Assembly: GCA_963831945.1 (NCBI GenBank)
Contig: CAWHSC010000003.1
Coordinates: forward strand, 1,694,519-1,758,518
Origin: an uncultured Solirubrobacterales bacterium
GTDB lineage: Bacteria > Actinomycetota > Thermoleophilia > Solirubrobacterales > Solirubrobacteraceae
Direction: 5' to 3'
DNA: 64,000 nt
Positions 34,297 to 44,385 of the stretch are shown in pieces (position 1 is the stretch's first letter; each line of letters opens with the position of its first letter). A program made the translations under genes and the position numbers. The notes under the pieces are model-generated. The model worked only from the letters and a program-made list of their open reading frames with translations, was not told the origin of the DNA and searched no databases.

Positions 34297-35703
34297 TCAC
34301 CCGCGACGGTGGCGACGCCCGCGGTGGGGGGCCCGGTGGTAGATCACAACGCTGGTTTCAGAGGTGTTGCGGAGCTTGTCGACGGCGAAGAAACTGAGGA
34401 CGTGCCGCCCGTAGGGGATGCGCGCGGCGCCGTGCCAGTGCAGCGCCCCGGCGAGGGTGCGGGGGAACCCCTGGTTGGTGTAGTTGCGGATCAGCTTGCC
34501 GTCGATCTTGAGCGTGATGCGCCCGACGCCCTGGGCGTCGCGGGCGGAGACGCTGATCGGCAGGATCCCGGTGTAGGTGGCGTGGTCGGCGGGGGCGGAG
34601 ACGTCGATGCGGGGCCCCGAGAAGGACCCGCACGGTTCAGAGAGCTGGTCGCCGTGGTGGGTGTAGGCCTGCAGGGCGGTGAAGGACGGCTTGCGCGAGC
34701 CGTTCGCGCGCAGCAGGCCGGAGACGTCGGAGCCTTCGTCCTGGAGGGGGAACCAGAGGGCGACCTGGACGTAGGGGTCCTGGGCGAGGCAGTGGTAGGC
34801 CTGGGCAAGGTAGGTGGCCTGCTGTGCTTCTGAGACGCCCTCGGGCTTCTGCCCGGCCCACGCCCCTTCCGGGCAGGTGGCCGCGGTGGTGCGCCAGGAG
34901 AGCTCGGTCATCCAGATCGGCTTGTCGTCGCCGTTAGCGAGCATCACGGCGTGGACTTCGCGGTAGGCGAGGAAGGAGTCGGGGATCAGGCGCCCGCTGC
35001 CTTCGCGCACGAAGGAGTAGGGGGAGGCGACGTCGCAGGCGGTGTCGTCGTGGACAGCGACGGCGTCGAAGGAGCCCTTGGCGCCATCCTGGTAGAGGGC
35101 TTCGAGGTAGGGGTAGTCGTTGCCGGTGAGCCCGCCGACGAGCACGGTGGCGTTGGGTTCGGCGGCCTTGATCACGGGGTACGTGGCCTGTAGTAGCGCG
35201 GCGTAGGCGGCGGGGTCGGGGGCGCCGACCCACCAGCTGGGGGAGTCCTCCTCGTTCCAGAGCTCGTACGCGGCGACGTGCGCGCCCCAGCGCTGCGCGA
35301 GTCCGCCGACGAAGGCGGCGTAGTCCTCGGGGTTGGCGGGGGGGGTGTGTTCGTCGGTGGAGCCCGTCTCCCACTGGGGGGTGCCGACGACGTCGACGAT
35401 CACTTTCGTGCCGGCCGGCAGTTCGTGGAACAGCTTTTCGTAGGCGGAGAGCCAGTTGGGGGCGTAGTCGCCGGGCGTGGGCTCGAGGTCGGGCCAGGTG
35501 GCGAACACGCGCACCCAGTGGGTCCCGAGCGTCCTCAGGTCGCCGACGTGGGGTGAGCCGGCGTTGGCCAGGACGACCCCGGGTTCCGCGGCCGGCGCGG
35601 AGGCCGCGGCGGCGCCGAGCGTGAGCGTGAGCGCGAGCAGCCCGGCGAGCAGCGCCCCGAGGAGGGGGCGGCTGGGTCGGCCGTGGCGCGGATGCTCCTC
35701 CAT
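34297..35703 (-). CDS. Secreted clan GH-A glycoside hydrolase (GH5/GH39-like) with C-terminal Ig-like domain
   Basis: Signal peptide; YELWNEE (acid/base) and PIWMTEL (nucleophile); Big-like tail. Confidence 0.8.
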   Translation of the reverse strand: MEEHPRHGRPSRPLLGALLAGLLALTLTLGAAAASAPAAEPGVVLANAGSPHVGDLRTLGTHWVRVFATWPDLEPTPGDYAPNWLSAYEKLFHELPAGTKVIVDVVGTPQWETGSTDEHTPPANPEDYAAFVGGLAQRWGAHVAAYELWNEEDSPSWWVGAPDPAAYAALLQATYPVIKAAEPNATVLVGGLTGNDYPYLEALYQDGAKGSFDAVAVHDDTACDVASPYSFVREGSGRLIPDSFLAYREVHAVMLANGDDKPIWMTELSWRTTAATCPEGAWAGQKPEGVSEAQQATYLAQAYHCLAQDPYVQVALWFPLQDEGSDVSGLLRANGSRKPSFTALQAYTHHGDQLSEPCGSFSGPRIDVSAPADHATYTGILPISVSARDAQGVGRITLKIDGKLIRNYTNQGFPRTLAGALHWHGAARIPYGRHVLSFFAVDKLRNTSETSVVIYHRAPHRGRRHRRG

Positions 35704-35795
35704 CCCCCCTGGATCGTAAATCCCGGCGGCGCGCTTGACCGGGGTGCGGAGTATTCGACGGATCGCAGGCGCGGCTTGTGTCAACTGCCCTTAGT

Positions 35796-35847
35796 GTCTT
35801 GTATCCAAGACGAAATAATTGATTTCAAGACAAACGTCTGGTATAGT
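35796..35847 (+). promoter_or_regulatory. Leaderless promoter with palindromic operators
   Basis: TTGATT-N17-TATAGT with ATG 7 nt downstream; GTCTTG-tatc-CAAGAC and TTG-attt-CAAGAC overlapping the -35. Confidence 0.7.
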
Positions 35848-35854
35848 GGACGAG

Positions 35855-36478
35855 ATGAACGTATCGCGCGCATACAGTGCCGTAGCCCCGACCGTGGAGG
35901 GAGACGTCTTGGTCGTCCTCGCCGGAACGACGCAGCCGCTCACGGGCCGCCGGGTCGCAAGGCTCGCGCGACGCGGTTCGGTGGCGGCGGTCGCCAAGGC
36001 GCTGGGCCGGCTGGTAAGCCAGGGGATCGTCCTGCGCCAGGAAGCCCCGCCCGCATCGCTGTACACGCTCAACCGACAGCACCTCGCGGCTCCCGCCGTC
36101 GAGACCCTGGCCCTCATCCGCACCGAGCTCCTCGACCGCCTGCGCCACGCCCTCTCGACCTGGAGCACGCCTCCGGCACATGCATCCCTGTTCGGGTCTG
36201 CCGCACGGGGGGACGGCGACGTGGACAGTGACATCGACCTCTTCATCGTCCGGCCGGCCGGCGTGGACGCCGAGGACGCGACGTGGGACGCACAACTGAC
36301 GGACATCGGCGAGGCCGTCCTCGCGTGGACGGGAAACCACGCAGGCATCATCGACCTCGCCGAGCGGGACATCCGACAGATGCAAGAGGAGAGCCCTCCA
36401 GTCCTGGGGGATCTTCAACGAGACGGAATAGACCTCGCCGGAATCCCGCTACGCGAGCTCCTCGGGAGAGCCCGATGA
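35855..36478 (+). CDS. HTH plus minimal nucleotidyltransferase (MntA-like antitoxin)
   Basis: N-terminal HTH; LFGSAARGDGDVDSDIDLFIV. Confidence 0.85.
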   Translation: MNVSRAYSAVAPTVEGDVLVVLAGTTQPLTGRRVARLARRGSVAAVAKALGRLVSQGIVLRQEAPPASLYTLNRQHLAAPAVETLALIRTELLDRLRHALSTWSTPPAHASLFGSAARGDGDVDSDIDLFIVRPAGVDAEDATWDAQLTDIGEAVLAWTGNHAGIIDLAERDIRQMQEESPPVLGDLQRDGIDLAGIPLRELLGRAR

Positions 36479-36716
36479 GCCGCGGAGCGGCGAAGGACGA
36501 AGTCCTCCAGCGCTGAGGGTGCGTCGAGGGCGTGCGCGAGCGACCGGTACGCCCACATACCTCCGGAGTGGCATCACAACCAGCCCGGGTGCAGAGTCCC
36601 AGGGGGCCGTATGGTACTTTCAGGCGCTATATGGGTCGGATATCTAGCAACGCGCGGACCCGCCAAAGATTGACCCGATATCGACAAGGTCCCTCGCCAC
36701 CCACTCCGGGGATGCG

Positions 36717-37527
36717 GTGAGCGAGGTCGAGAGCGCGACTCTCGCCGACGGCATCCGTCGCACGGTGATCGAGCAGTCCAAGCGTGCGAATGTGGGCCAT
36801 ATCGGCTCGGCGCTGTCGATCGCGGACATCCTCGCCGCGCTCTACGGCGGCGTCCTGCACCTGCCCACGGATCGCTCCCGGCGAGACCGCCTCGTGCTGT
36901 CGAAGGGCCACGCCGCACTGGCCCTCTACGCGGCGCTCGAATTGACCGGACACGTGCCCGGCGGGACGACCGGCACGTACTGTGCCGACGGCACGCTGCT
37001 GGGCGTGCACCCCGAGCGCGACCTCGACGGAGTCGACTTCTGCACGGGCTCGCTGGGCCACGGGCTGCCGATCGCGGTGGGGGCGGCGCTGGCGGCGCGG
37101 CTGGAGGGTACCGCCGCGCCGGGCCTTCGTCGTGATGAGCGACGCGGAGCTCAACGAGGGGTCCGTGTGGGAGGCGGTGATGTTCGCCGCCCACCACAGC
37201 CTCGCCAACCTGGTCGTGGTGCTCGACCTCAACGGGCAGCAGGCGATGGGCTACACCAGGGAGGTGCTCGACCTGAGCGCGCCGGCGCAGCGGTGGGGTG
37301 CATTCGGTTGGGACGTGCACGAGCTCGACGGACACGACACGTCCGCCCTGCAGGCGACAATCCGGGAGCTGGACTTCACCGCAGGAGCGCCGCACGTGCT
37401 CATCGCCCACACGACCTTCGGGAAGGGCGTCAGCTTCATGCAGAGCGTGATCGACTGGCATTATCTACCGATGACCGACGAGCAGTACCGTCAGGCGCTC
37501 TCCGAGCTGGAGGGGGCGGCCGTATGA
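36717..37527 (+). CDS. Transketolase-like N-terminal (TPP-binding) subunit, frameshift near 37115
   Basis: GHIGSALS, LSKGHA, TGSLGHG, SDAELNEGSVWEA, GKGVSFM. Confidence 0.9.
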
Positions 37528-38450
37528 GAGACGACTTCGTCGCCGAGCTCGCCGAGCTGGCCGCAGTTGACGAGCGCGTCGTGCTGCTCACGGGCGACCT
37601 CGGTTACCTCGTGCTCGACGTCTTCTCCAGCCGCTTCCCGGAGCGCTTCTTCAACGTCGGCGTGGCGGAGCAGAACATGGTCGGGATCGCGACCGGCCTC
37701 GCCGAGGCCGGGTACGTGCCATTCGTGTACTCGATCGCGACGTTCGCGACGATGCGCCCCTACGAATTCGTGCGCAACGGCCCGGTGCTCCACAACCTGC
37801 CGGTCCGCGTGGTCGGCGTCGGCGGCGGGTTCGACTACGGCTACAACGGGATCACGCACTTCGCGCTCGAGGACTACGCGCTGATGCGAGCCCAGCCAGG
37901 TATGACGGTCGTCGCCCCGGCCGACAGCGCCCAGGCCCGCGCGGCGGTGCAGGCCACGCGCGAGCTCGCCGGACCGGTGTACTTCCGGGTCGCCAAGCAG
38001 GGCACGCCGGTGCCCGGCCTGAACGGTCGCTTCGCGGTCGGCCGCGCGCAGCTGATCGGCGAGGGCTCCGACGTGGCGTTGATCGCGATCGGCTCGGTCG
38101 CCCGCGAGGCGCAGCTCGCGGCGGAGCTGCTCGCCGAAGAGGGCGTCGCCGCGACCGTGGCGGTCGTCTCGACGTTCAACCCCTCGCCCGTCGAGGATCT
38201 CGCCGAGCTGCTGGGAGGCGTGTCGCTGGCGGTCTCCGTGGAGACGCACTACCTCAACGGCGGACTCGGCTCGCTGGTCGCGGAGACGATCGCCGAGCAC
38301 GGCTTGAGCTGTCGCCTGATCCGCGCCGGCGTGCAGAGCACACCCAGGGGGCTCGCGGGCAGCCAGCGGTACCTCGAGGACCGCTACGGCCTCTCCGCGC
38401 AGCGGCTCGCGGCCACAGCGCAGGCGGCGCTCGACACCGCCACGGCGTGA
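37524..38450 (+). CDS. Transketolase-like C-terminal subunit
   Basis: MRDDF..., NVGVAEQNM, GITHFALED; ATGA overlap. Confidence 0.92.
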   Translation: MRDDFVAELAELAAVDERVVLLTGDLGYLVLDVFSSRFPERFFNVGVAEQNMVGIATGLAEAGYVPFVYSIATFATMRPYEFVRNGPVLHNLPVRVVGVGGGFDYGYNGITHFALEDYALMRAQPGMTVVAPADSAQARAAVQATRELAGPVYFRVAKQGTPVPGLNGRFAVGRAQLIGEGSDVALIAIGSVAREAQLAAELLAEEGVAATVAVVSTFNPSPVEDLAELLGGVSLAVSVETHYLNGGLGSLVAETIAEHGLSCRLIRAGVQSTPRGLAGSQRYLEDRYGLSAQRLAATAQAALDTATA

Positions 38451-39508
38451 AGCTGAGCGCCGTCATCGCCTGCTACCGCGACGCTCCGGCGGTGCCGGTC
38501 ATGCACGAGCGCCTGAGCAGGATGTTCGGCGAGCTCGGCGCCGACTACGAGATCATGTTCGTCAACGACGGCAGCCCCGACAACGCCCGCGAGGTACTGG
38601 CCGAGCTCGCCGGCCGCGACCCCAAGGTCGTGGTCGTCAACCACACGCGGGCGTTCGGCTCCCAGAGCGCGTTCACCAGCGGGATGCAGATCGCGACCGG
38701 AGACGCCGTCGTGCTGCTCGACGGAGACCTGCAGGACCCGCCCGAGATCATCCCCAAGTTCGTCGAGCAGTGGCAGGCGGGGTTCGACATCGTGTACGGC
38801 GTACGGGTCGAGCGCGAGGCGACGGCGTTCATGCGCCGCGCCTACAAGCTCTTCTACCGTCTCTTCCGCCGCCTCTCCTACATCAACATCCCGCTCGACG
38901 CGGGCGACTTCGGGCTGCTCGACCGCCGCGTCGTCGACACGTTGAACGGGCTGCCCGAGTCCCACCGCTTCATCAGAGGGCTGCGCGCGTGGGTCGGCTA
39001 CCGCCAGATCGGGGTGCCGTACGTGCGACCGGAGCGCATGTTCGGCAAAACGACCAACTCGCTCGTCAAGAACGTCGGCTGGGCGCGCCGCGCGATCGTC
39101 TCGTTCTCCTACGTGCCGCTCGACCTGATCGCGTGGCTCGCGCTGGTCACGGTCGGCGTCTCGTTCGTCGCGCTGGTGGCGCAGTTGGTGCTGCACTTCA
39201 CCGACCCGTCCCTCGCCCCGAAGGGCTTCACCACGCTGATCGTCGGGATGTTGTTCATCGGCGGGATCCAGCTGCTGTGCCTGGCGATCATCGGCTCGTA
39301 CGTGGCACACATCTACGAGGAGAGCAAGCACCGCCCGCCGTACCTGGTCGAGAGCGTCCTCAACGCCCCCACCAAGGCGCCCACCGAAGCCCTCCCGGAG
39401 AACGGGGCCGCCACGCTCGAGGCGGGGGCCCTGAAAGCACCCGAGCAGCCGAAAGCACCCGAGCAGCCCCCACAGAGCTCGCTCTCCGAGCGAGTCCCGC
39501 AGGCGTGA
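38447..39508 (+). CDS. GT2 polyprenol-phosphate glycosyltransferase (GtrB/ArnC-like)
   Basis: VNDGSPD, DGDLQDPPE, two C-terminal TM helices. Confidence 0.92.
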   Translation: MKLSAVIACYRDAPAVPVMHERLSRMFGELGADYEIMFVNDGSPDNAREVLAELAGRDPKVVVVNHTRAFGSQSAFTSGMQIATGDAVVLLDGDLQDPPEIIPKFVEQWQAGFDIVYGVRVEREATAFMRRAYKLFYRLFRRLSYINIPLDAGDFGLLDRRVVDTLNGLPESHRFIRGLRAWVGYRQIGVPYVRPERMFGKTTNSLVKNVGWARRAIVSFSYVPLDLIAWLALVTVGVSFVALVAQLVLHFTDPSLAPKGFTTLIVGMLFIGGIQLLCLAIIGSYVAHIYEESKHRPPYLVESVLNAPTKAPTEALPENGAATLEAGALKAPEQPKAPEQPPQSSLSERVPQA

Positions 39509-40365
39509 GCGGCAGCATCTCCACCTCCCCCCACCGGCCGACGTCGGCAACCAGCGCGACGAGCACTGGCAGCCGCCGCCGTTCACCCGACTCGACGGTC
39601 CCGCCAGTCGCGTGGTGACGAGCGCGCGCCGCCTCTTCGACGTACAGGCCGGCTCGATCTGGAACGACCTCGCCGGGGAGCTGAGGACCGTTCGCGGCAC
39701 GCTGCTGGACGTCGGCTGCGGCGCGCAGCCCTACCGCACGCTCGTGCCCCCGGGGGTGAGGTACGTCGGCATCGACACGGCCGACGCGAAGGACCGCTTC
39801 GGCTACGACGTGCCCGACACGGAGTACTTCACGGGCGAGCGGTGGCCGGTGGAGGACGAGAGTCGCCGACACGGTGCTGTGCACCGAGACGCTCGAGCAC
39901 GTCCTCGACCCGCTGGGCTTCCTCGCGGAGGCGAAGCGCTCGCTGCGACCGGGTGGCCGGCTGATCCTCACGGTGCCGTTCGCGGCACGGTGGCACTACG
40001 TCCCGTTCGACTACTGGCGCTTCACCCCCTCCGGCCTCAAGCACCTGCTGAGTGAGAGCGGGTTCACCGAGGTCGAGGTGTACCGACGTGGCAACGCCCT
40101 GACCGTCGCCTGCTACAAGGTGATCGCGCTGATCCTGCCGCTGCTGATGCCGCGCAGGGAGGGGCCGCTGCCGAGGTGGGCCCTGCGTGCCGGCGGCGTC
40201 GTGCTCTCACCCCTGCTCGCAGCGAGCGTCCTCGTGGCCAGGCTGTCCCTGCTGCGAGACGGCGGCGACGACTGCCTGGGCTACACCGTGCTCGCCAGAC
40301 GGCCAGCCGGCCGGGCGAGCGGGGCCGGGTCCGGGCAGCGCACCCATGGCCCGCCTGCGAGCTGA
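39505..40365 (+). CDS. Class I SAM methyltransferase (frameshifted)
   Basis: LLDVGCGAQPY, CTETLEHV, LRPGG, DYWRFT. Confidence 0.85.
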
Positions 40366-40420
40366 GCTGCCGGGGCCGGGCAGCGCACCGATGGCCCGCC
40401 TGCGATCTGAGCTGCCGGGG
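40331..40420 (+). repeat. 45-bp tandem duplication spanning a stop/start junction
   Basis: CCGGGCAGCGCACC(C/G)ATGGCCCGCCTGCGA(G/T)CTGAGCTGCCGGGG twice. Confidence 0.9.
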
Positions 40421-42342
40421 GCCCTCGCCGCAGCGGCGCTCGCAAGCGCCATCGCGGTCGTCCTGCTGAAGGTGTGGCAGGCCAATTTCGGGGTACCGCT
40501 CTACTCGAGCCCCGGTGGCGACGGGCTCTACGGCCTCGCCGTCATCAAGGGCATCCTCGAACACGGCTGGTATCTGACCAACTCGAGCCTCGGCGCGCCA
40601 GGCGGCCAACGCCTCTACGACTACCCGGTGTTCAGCGGCGACAGCCTCTACCTGCTGATCGTCAAGGCTGATCGGGATTCCGTTCACCAATCCCGCCGTG
40701 GTCGACAATCTCTTCTTCCTGCTCTGCTTTCCGTTGATTGCGTGAGCGCCTACGCCGGGCTGCGCGCTGTCAGGATCTCGACCGGCCCGTCGGTGGTCTG
40801 CGCCGTCCTTTTCACTCTGCTGCCCTACCACTTCTTCGACGGCGAGAGTCACATCTTCCAGGGCTCCTACTTCACCGTCCCACTCGCGCTGCTGCTTGGT
40901 CGTCGCGGTGCTCTCCGGCAGGGCCCTCTTCACGCGCAGCACCCAGCGGCGGGGTGTGAGGAGGTATCTGACGTGGCGCTCCGGCGCGAGCCGTGCTGGC
41001 GTGCGTCGTCGTGGGCTCCTCGGACAACTACTACGCGGCCTTCACCGCGGCCCTGGTGCTGCTGGCGGGAGCGGTGACGGCCCTCGCCAACCGCAACCTC
41101 CGCGGCGCTGGCGAGTGGGGCGGCGGTGGCCGCGCTCGTGCTCGCCACGGTGACACTCAACGGGCTGCCCACACTGATCTACACCTCCAAGCACGGCGGC
41201 GATCCGGCCGTCACGCAGCGCAAGCCGAAGGAAAGCGACATGTTCGCGCTGTCACTCGCCGACCTGGTGCTGCCGATCGCGGGCAACCGCATCGCGCCGC
41301 TGTCGCAGCTCGCGAGGGAGTACCGGGCGACGGCCACCGCGCCGATCGGCGAGGGACACAGCGCCAACCTCGGGCTGATCGGCACGCTGGGCCTCGTGGG
41401 GCTGGCGGGCGCGTTCGTGGTGCGCGGCCTGCGCGCCGACCGTTTGAGAGTCGCCGACCCGCGCTGGGCGTACGCGGCGCTCGGCGCCGGGCTCGCCTTC
41501 CTGATCGGGACGGTCGGCGGGCTGGGGACGATCTTCGCCTACGTCGTGAGCCCCCAGCTGCGCGCGTGGAACCGCATCTCGGTGTTCATCGCGTTCTTCG
41601 CCCTGATGGGAGTCGGGCTGGGGCTGGACGCGCTGCGGCGGCGCATCGGCAGCGGCTCACCCCGCCGGCGGTGGGGCTTCGCCGCACTCCTTGCCGCCGT
41701 GCTCGCCGTCGGCGTGCTCGACCAGACACGGGTCCTCGATGGCCCCGCCGTACAGGGCGCAGGACGCCGAATACGCCACCGACGCCCGCTTCGTCCACGC
41801 GATCCAGCGGCAGCTGCCGGCCGGCGCCGACGTGTTCCAGCTGCCGTACGTCCCGTTCCCCGAAAACCCGCCGGTGCACCGGATGGAAGATTACGCCGAG
41901 CTGATCGGGTACGTGCACTCGAGCAGCCTGCGGTGGAGCTACGGCCAGCTCAAGGGCCTGCCCTCCGAGTGGGAGTCGGCTGTCGTGAGGCAGCCGCTGG
42001 CGCCGATGCTCGCCGAGGTGTCGGCGGCGGGGTTCAAGGGCGTGTACGTCGATACGTTCGGCTACGCCCACCGCGGGGCGGCGCTCGATCCCCGCGCTGA
42101 CGCGCGTGCTCGGCGTCAGGCCGCTCGTGAGCTCCGACGGGCGCCTGTACTTCTTCGACATGGCGCTCTACGGCCAGCGGCTGCGCCGGCGCTGCTCGGG
42201 TGCACAGCTCGAGCGCCTCGCGACGCTGGCGCTGCACCCGCCGCGGTCGCGCCCGCCGGCGCGTGTCGCACCTCGCCCGGCGCGGGTATCCTCAGCCGCA
42301 GTGGCTGCATGCGAGCTCAACGAGCGGGCCCCGCACGCGTGA
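40391..42342 (+). CDS. Polytopic membrane protein, probable GT-C sugar transferase (several frameshifts)
   Basis: Pieces across frames: GWYLTNSSLGAP..YDYP, LPYHF, LRAWNRISVFIAF, VFQLPYVPFPE, LRWSYG. Confidence 0.7.
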
Positions 42343-43274
42343 GCGGCGACGTGCTCGACACGGCGCTGCCGCAGATGCGCACCACCCGCTGCGCGATCTG
42401 CGAGCGCGCGGGCGGGGCCACGGAGCGCTGGCGGGCGACGTTCGACCCCGAGGCGTTCAACGCCCGCGTCTTCTCGGCGCGGCGCCTGCCCGACCGCGTG
42501 CACTACCGGATGGTCACCTGTGACACCTGCGGCCTCGTGCGCTCGGACCCGGTCGCGGACGAGGAGCTGCTCGCAAAGCTGTACGAATCCAGCAGCTTCG
42601 ACTACGGCCACGAGGTCGAGTCGATCCAGGCGACCTACGGCCGCGCGCTGCGCCAGCTTGAGGCGCGCTCGCCGCAGCGCGAGGCGCTGCTTGAGATCGG
42701 CTGCGGCAACGGCTTCTTCCTCCAGCAGGCGGCCCGGCAGGGCTGGGGGGAGGTGCGTGGCGTGGAGCCGAGCGCCGACGCCGTCGCGAAGGCCCCGCCC
42801 GAGCTCGACGGCGCGATCGTGCAGGACGTGATGCGCCCCGGGGTGTTCGCCCCGGAGAGCTTCGACGCCGTGTGCCTGTTTCAGGTGCTCGACCACATCT
42901 CGGGCCCCGTCGAGCTGCTCGAAGAGTGTCTCGCGGTCCTGCGGCCCGGCGGGCACGTGCTCGCCCTCAACCACGACGTCTGCGCGTGGTCCGCGCGGCT
43001 GCTCGGCGAGCGCAGCCCGATCGTCGACATCGAGCACACGTACCTGTACTCGCCCGCGACGATGCGCCGCCTGTTCGCGAAGGCGGGCTTCGTCGACCCC
43101 CACGTGCGCAGCGTGCGCAACACCTACAGCGTGGCGTACCTCACGCAGCTCGTACCGCTGCCCGCCGGCCTGAAGTCCCGGCTGCTAGGAACGCTGCGCG
43201 CAGGCCCGGCGGGCCGCCTGCGGGTGACCGTGCCGCTCGGCAACCTGTGCCTGATCGCGCGCAAGCCGGGTTGA
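42339..43274 (+). CDS. Zn-ribbon plus SAM methyltransferase (sugar methyltransferase-like)
   Basis: CAIC...CDTCGL, LLEIGCGNG, FQVLDH. Confidence 0.88.
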   Translation: MSGDVLDTALPQMRTTRCAICERAGGATERWRATFDPEAFNARVFSARRLPDRVHYRMVTCDTCGLVRSDPVADEELLAKLYESSSFDYGHEVESIQATYGRALRQLEARSPQREALLEIGCGNGFFLQQAARQGWGEVRGVEPSADAVAKAPPELDGAIVQDVMRPGVFAPESFDAVCLFQVLDHISGPVELLEECLAVLRPGGHVLALNHDVCAWSARLLGERSPIVDIEHTYLYSPATMRRLFAKAGFVDPHVRSVRNTYSVAYLTQLVPLPAGLKSRLLGTLRAGPAGRLRVTVPLGNLCLIARKPG

Positions 43275-43320
43275 CCGGCGCGGTGCGGGCGCCCGCCACA
43301 GACCCCGTGGGAGTCCCCGG

Positions 43321-43431
43321 CGCAAGCCGGGGTAAGCGGTGAGAGCGCCCGCCACCGGCGCCGCGGGCTTCCGTAACGCAAGCCGGGCGCAGCCGCGGTG
43401 AGAGCGCTCGTGACCGGCGCCGCGGGCTTCC
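43321..43431 (+). repeat. ~57-bp imperfect duplication of the epimerase start region
   Basis: CGCAAGCCGGG..GCGGTGAGAGCGC..ACCGGCGCCGCGGGCTTCC twice. Confidence 0.8.
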
Positions 43432-44348
43432 TCGGCGCGAACCTCGTGCGCCACCTGGCGGCAGCCGGGCACGAGCCCGTGGCCCTCACGCGCTCCCGCG
43501 AGGGCGCGTGGCGGCTGCAGGACCTCCCGGCGCAGGTGCGCGTACTCGAGCTCGACCTCCGCGACACCGCCGCGGTCGAGCGGGCCGTCGAAGAGACCGG
43601 GCCGCAGTGGGTTTTCCACCTCGCCGCCCACGGCGCGTACTCGTGGCAGACCGACCTCGAGGCGATGCTCGCCGTGAACGTCGCCGCCACCGCGACGCTA
43701 CTCGCCGCCGCGCGCGCCGGCGGCGTGGAGGCGTTCGTCAACGCGGGCTCCTCCTCGGAGTACGGCCTGAAGAGCCACCCCCCGCGCGAGGACGAGTGGC
43801 TTCAGCCCAACAGCCACTACGCCGTCACGAAGGCCGCCGGCACCCACCTCACCGCGCTCGCCGCGGCGCAGGGCCTGCCGGCGGTGACGCTGCGCCTGTA
43901 CTCGGTCTACGGCCCGTGGGAGGACCCGGGTCGGCTCGTCCCCGCGCTAGTGCGCGAGGCGACCCGCGGGGAGCTGCCGCCGCTGGTCGGCCCGCAGACG
44001 GCCCGCGACTTCGTGTACGTGGAGGACTGCTGCGAGGCGCTGCTGCGCGCGGCCGAGCGCGGCGCGCCTGGGGGACCCGGCGCGACGCTGAACGTCGGCT
44101 CCGGCACCCAGACACGCCTCGACGAGCTCGTCGACGTGGCGCGCGGCGCCCTGGGTGTGACGGCACTCCCGCAGTGGGGCACGATGGGCCAGCGCGAGTG
44201 GGACACGAACGTGTGGGTGTCCGACTCGCGCGCCGCCTTTGAGCTGCTCGGCTGGCGGGCGCAGACCAGCCTCGGCGACGGCCTCACCCGCACGGCCGAG
44301 TGGCTACGTGCGAGGCCGCGGCTGTGGGAGCGCTACGGCGTGCGCTAG
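43398..44348 (+). CDS. NAD-dependent epimerase/dehydratase (extended SDR)
   Basis: VTGAAGFLG, SSSEYG, YAVTK, RDFVYVED. Confidence 0.95.
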   Translation: MRALVTGAAGFLGANLVRHLAAAGHEPVALTRSREGAWRLQDLPAQVRVLELDLRDTAAVERAVEETGPQWVFHLAAHGAYSWQTDLEAMLAVNVAATATLLAAARAGGVEAFVNAGSSSEYGLKSHPPREDEWLQPNSHYAVTKAAGTHLTALAAAQGLPAVTLRLYSVYGPWEDPGRLVPALVREATRGELPPLVGPQTARDFVYVEDCCEALLRAAERGAPGGPGATLNVGSGTQTRLDELVDVARGALGVTALPQWGTMGQREWDTNVWVSDSRAAFELLGWRAQTSLGDGLTRTAEWLRARPRLWERYGVR

Positions 44349-44385
44349 CCGACCACTCGATCAGGAGTCAGTTAAGGTGCGGCGG

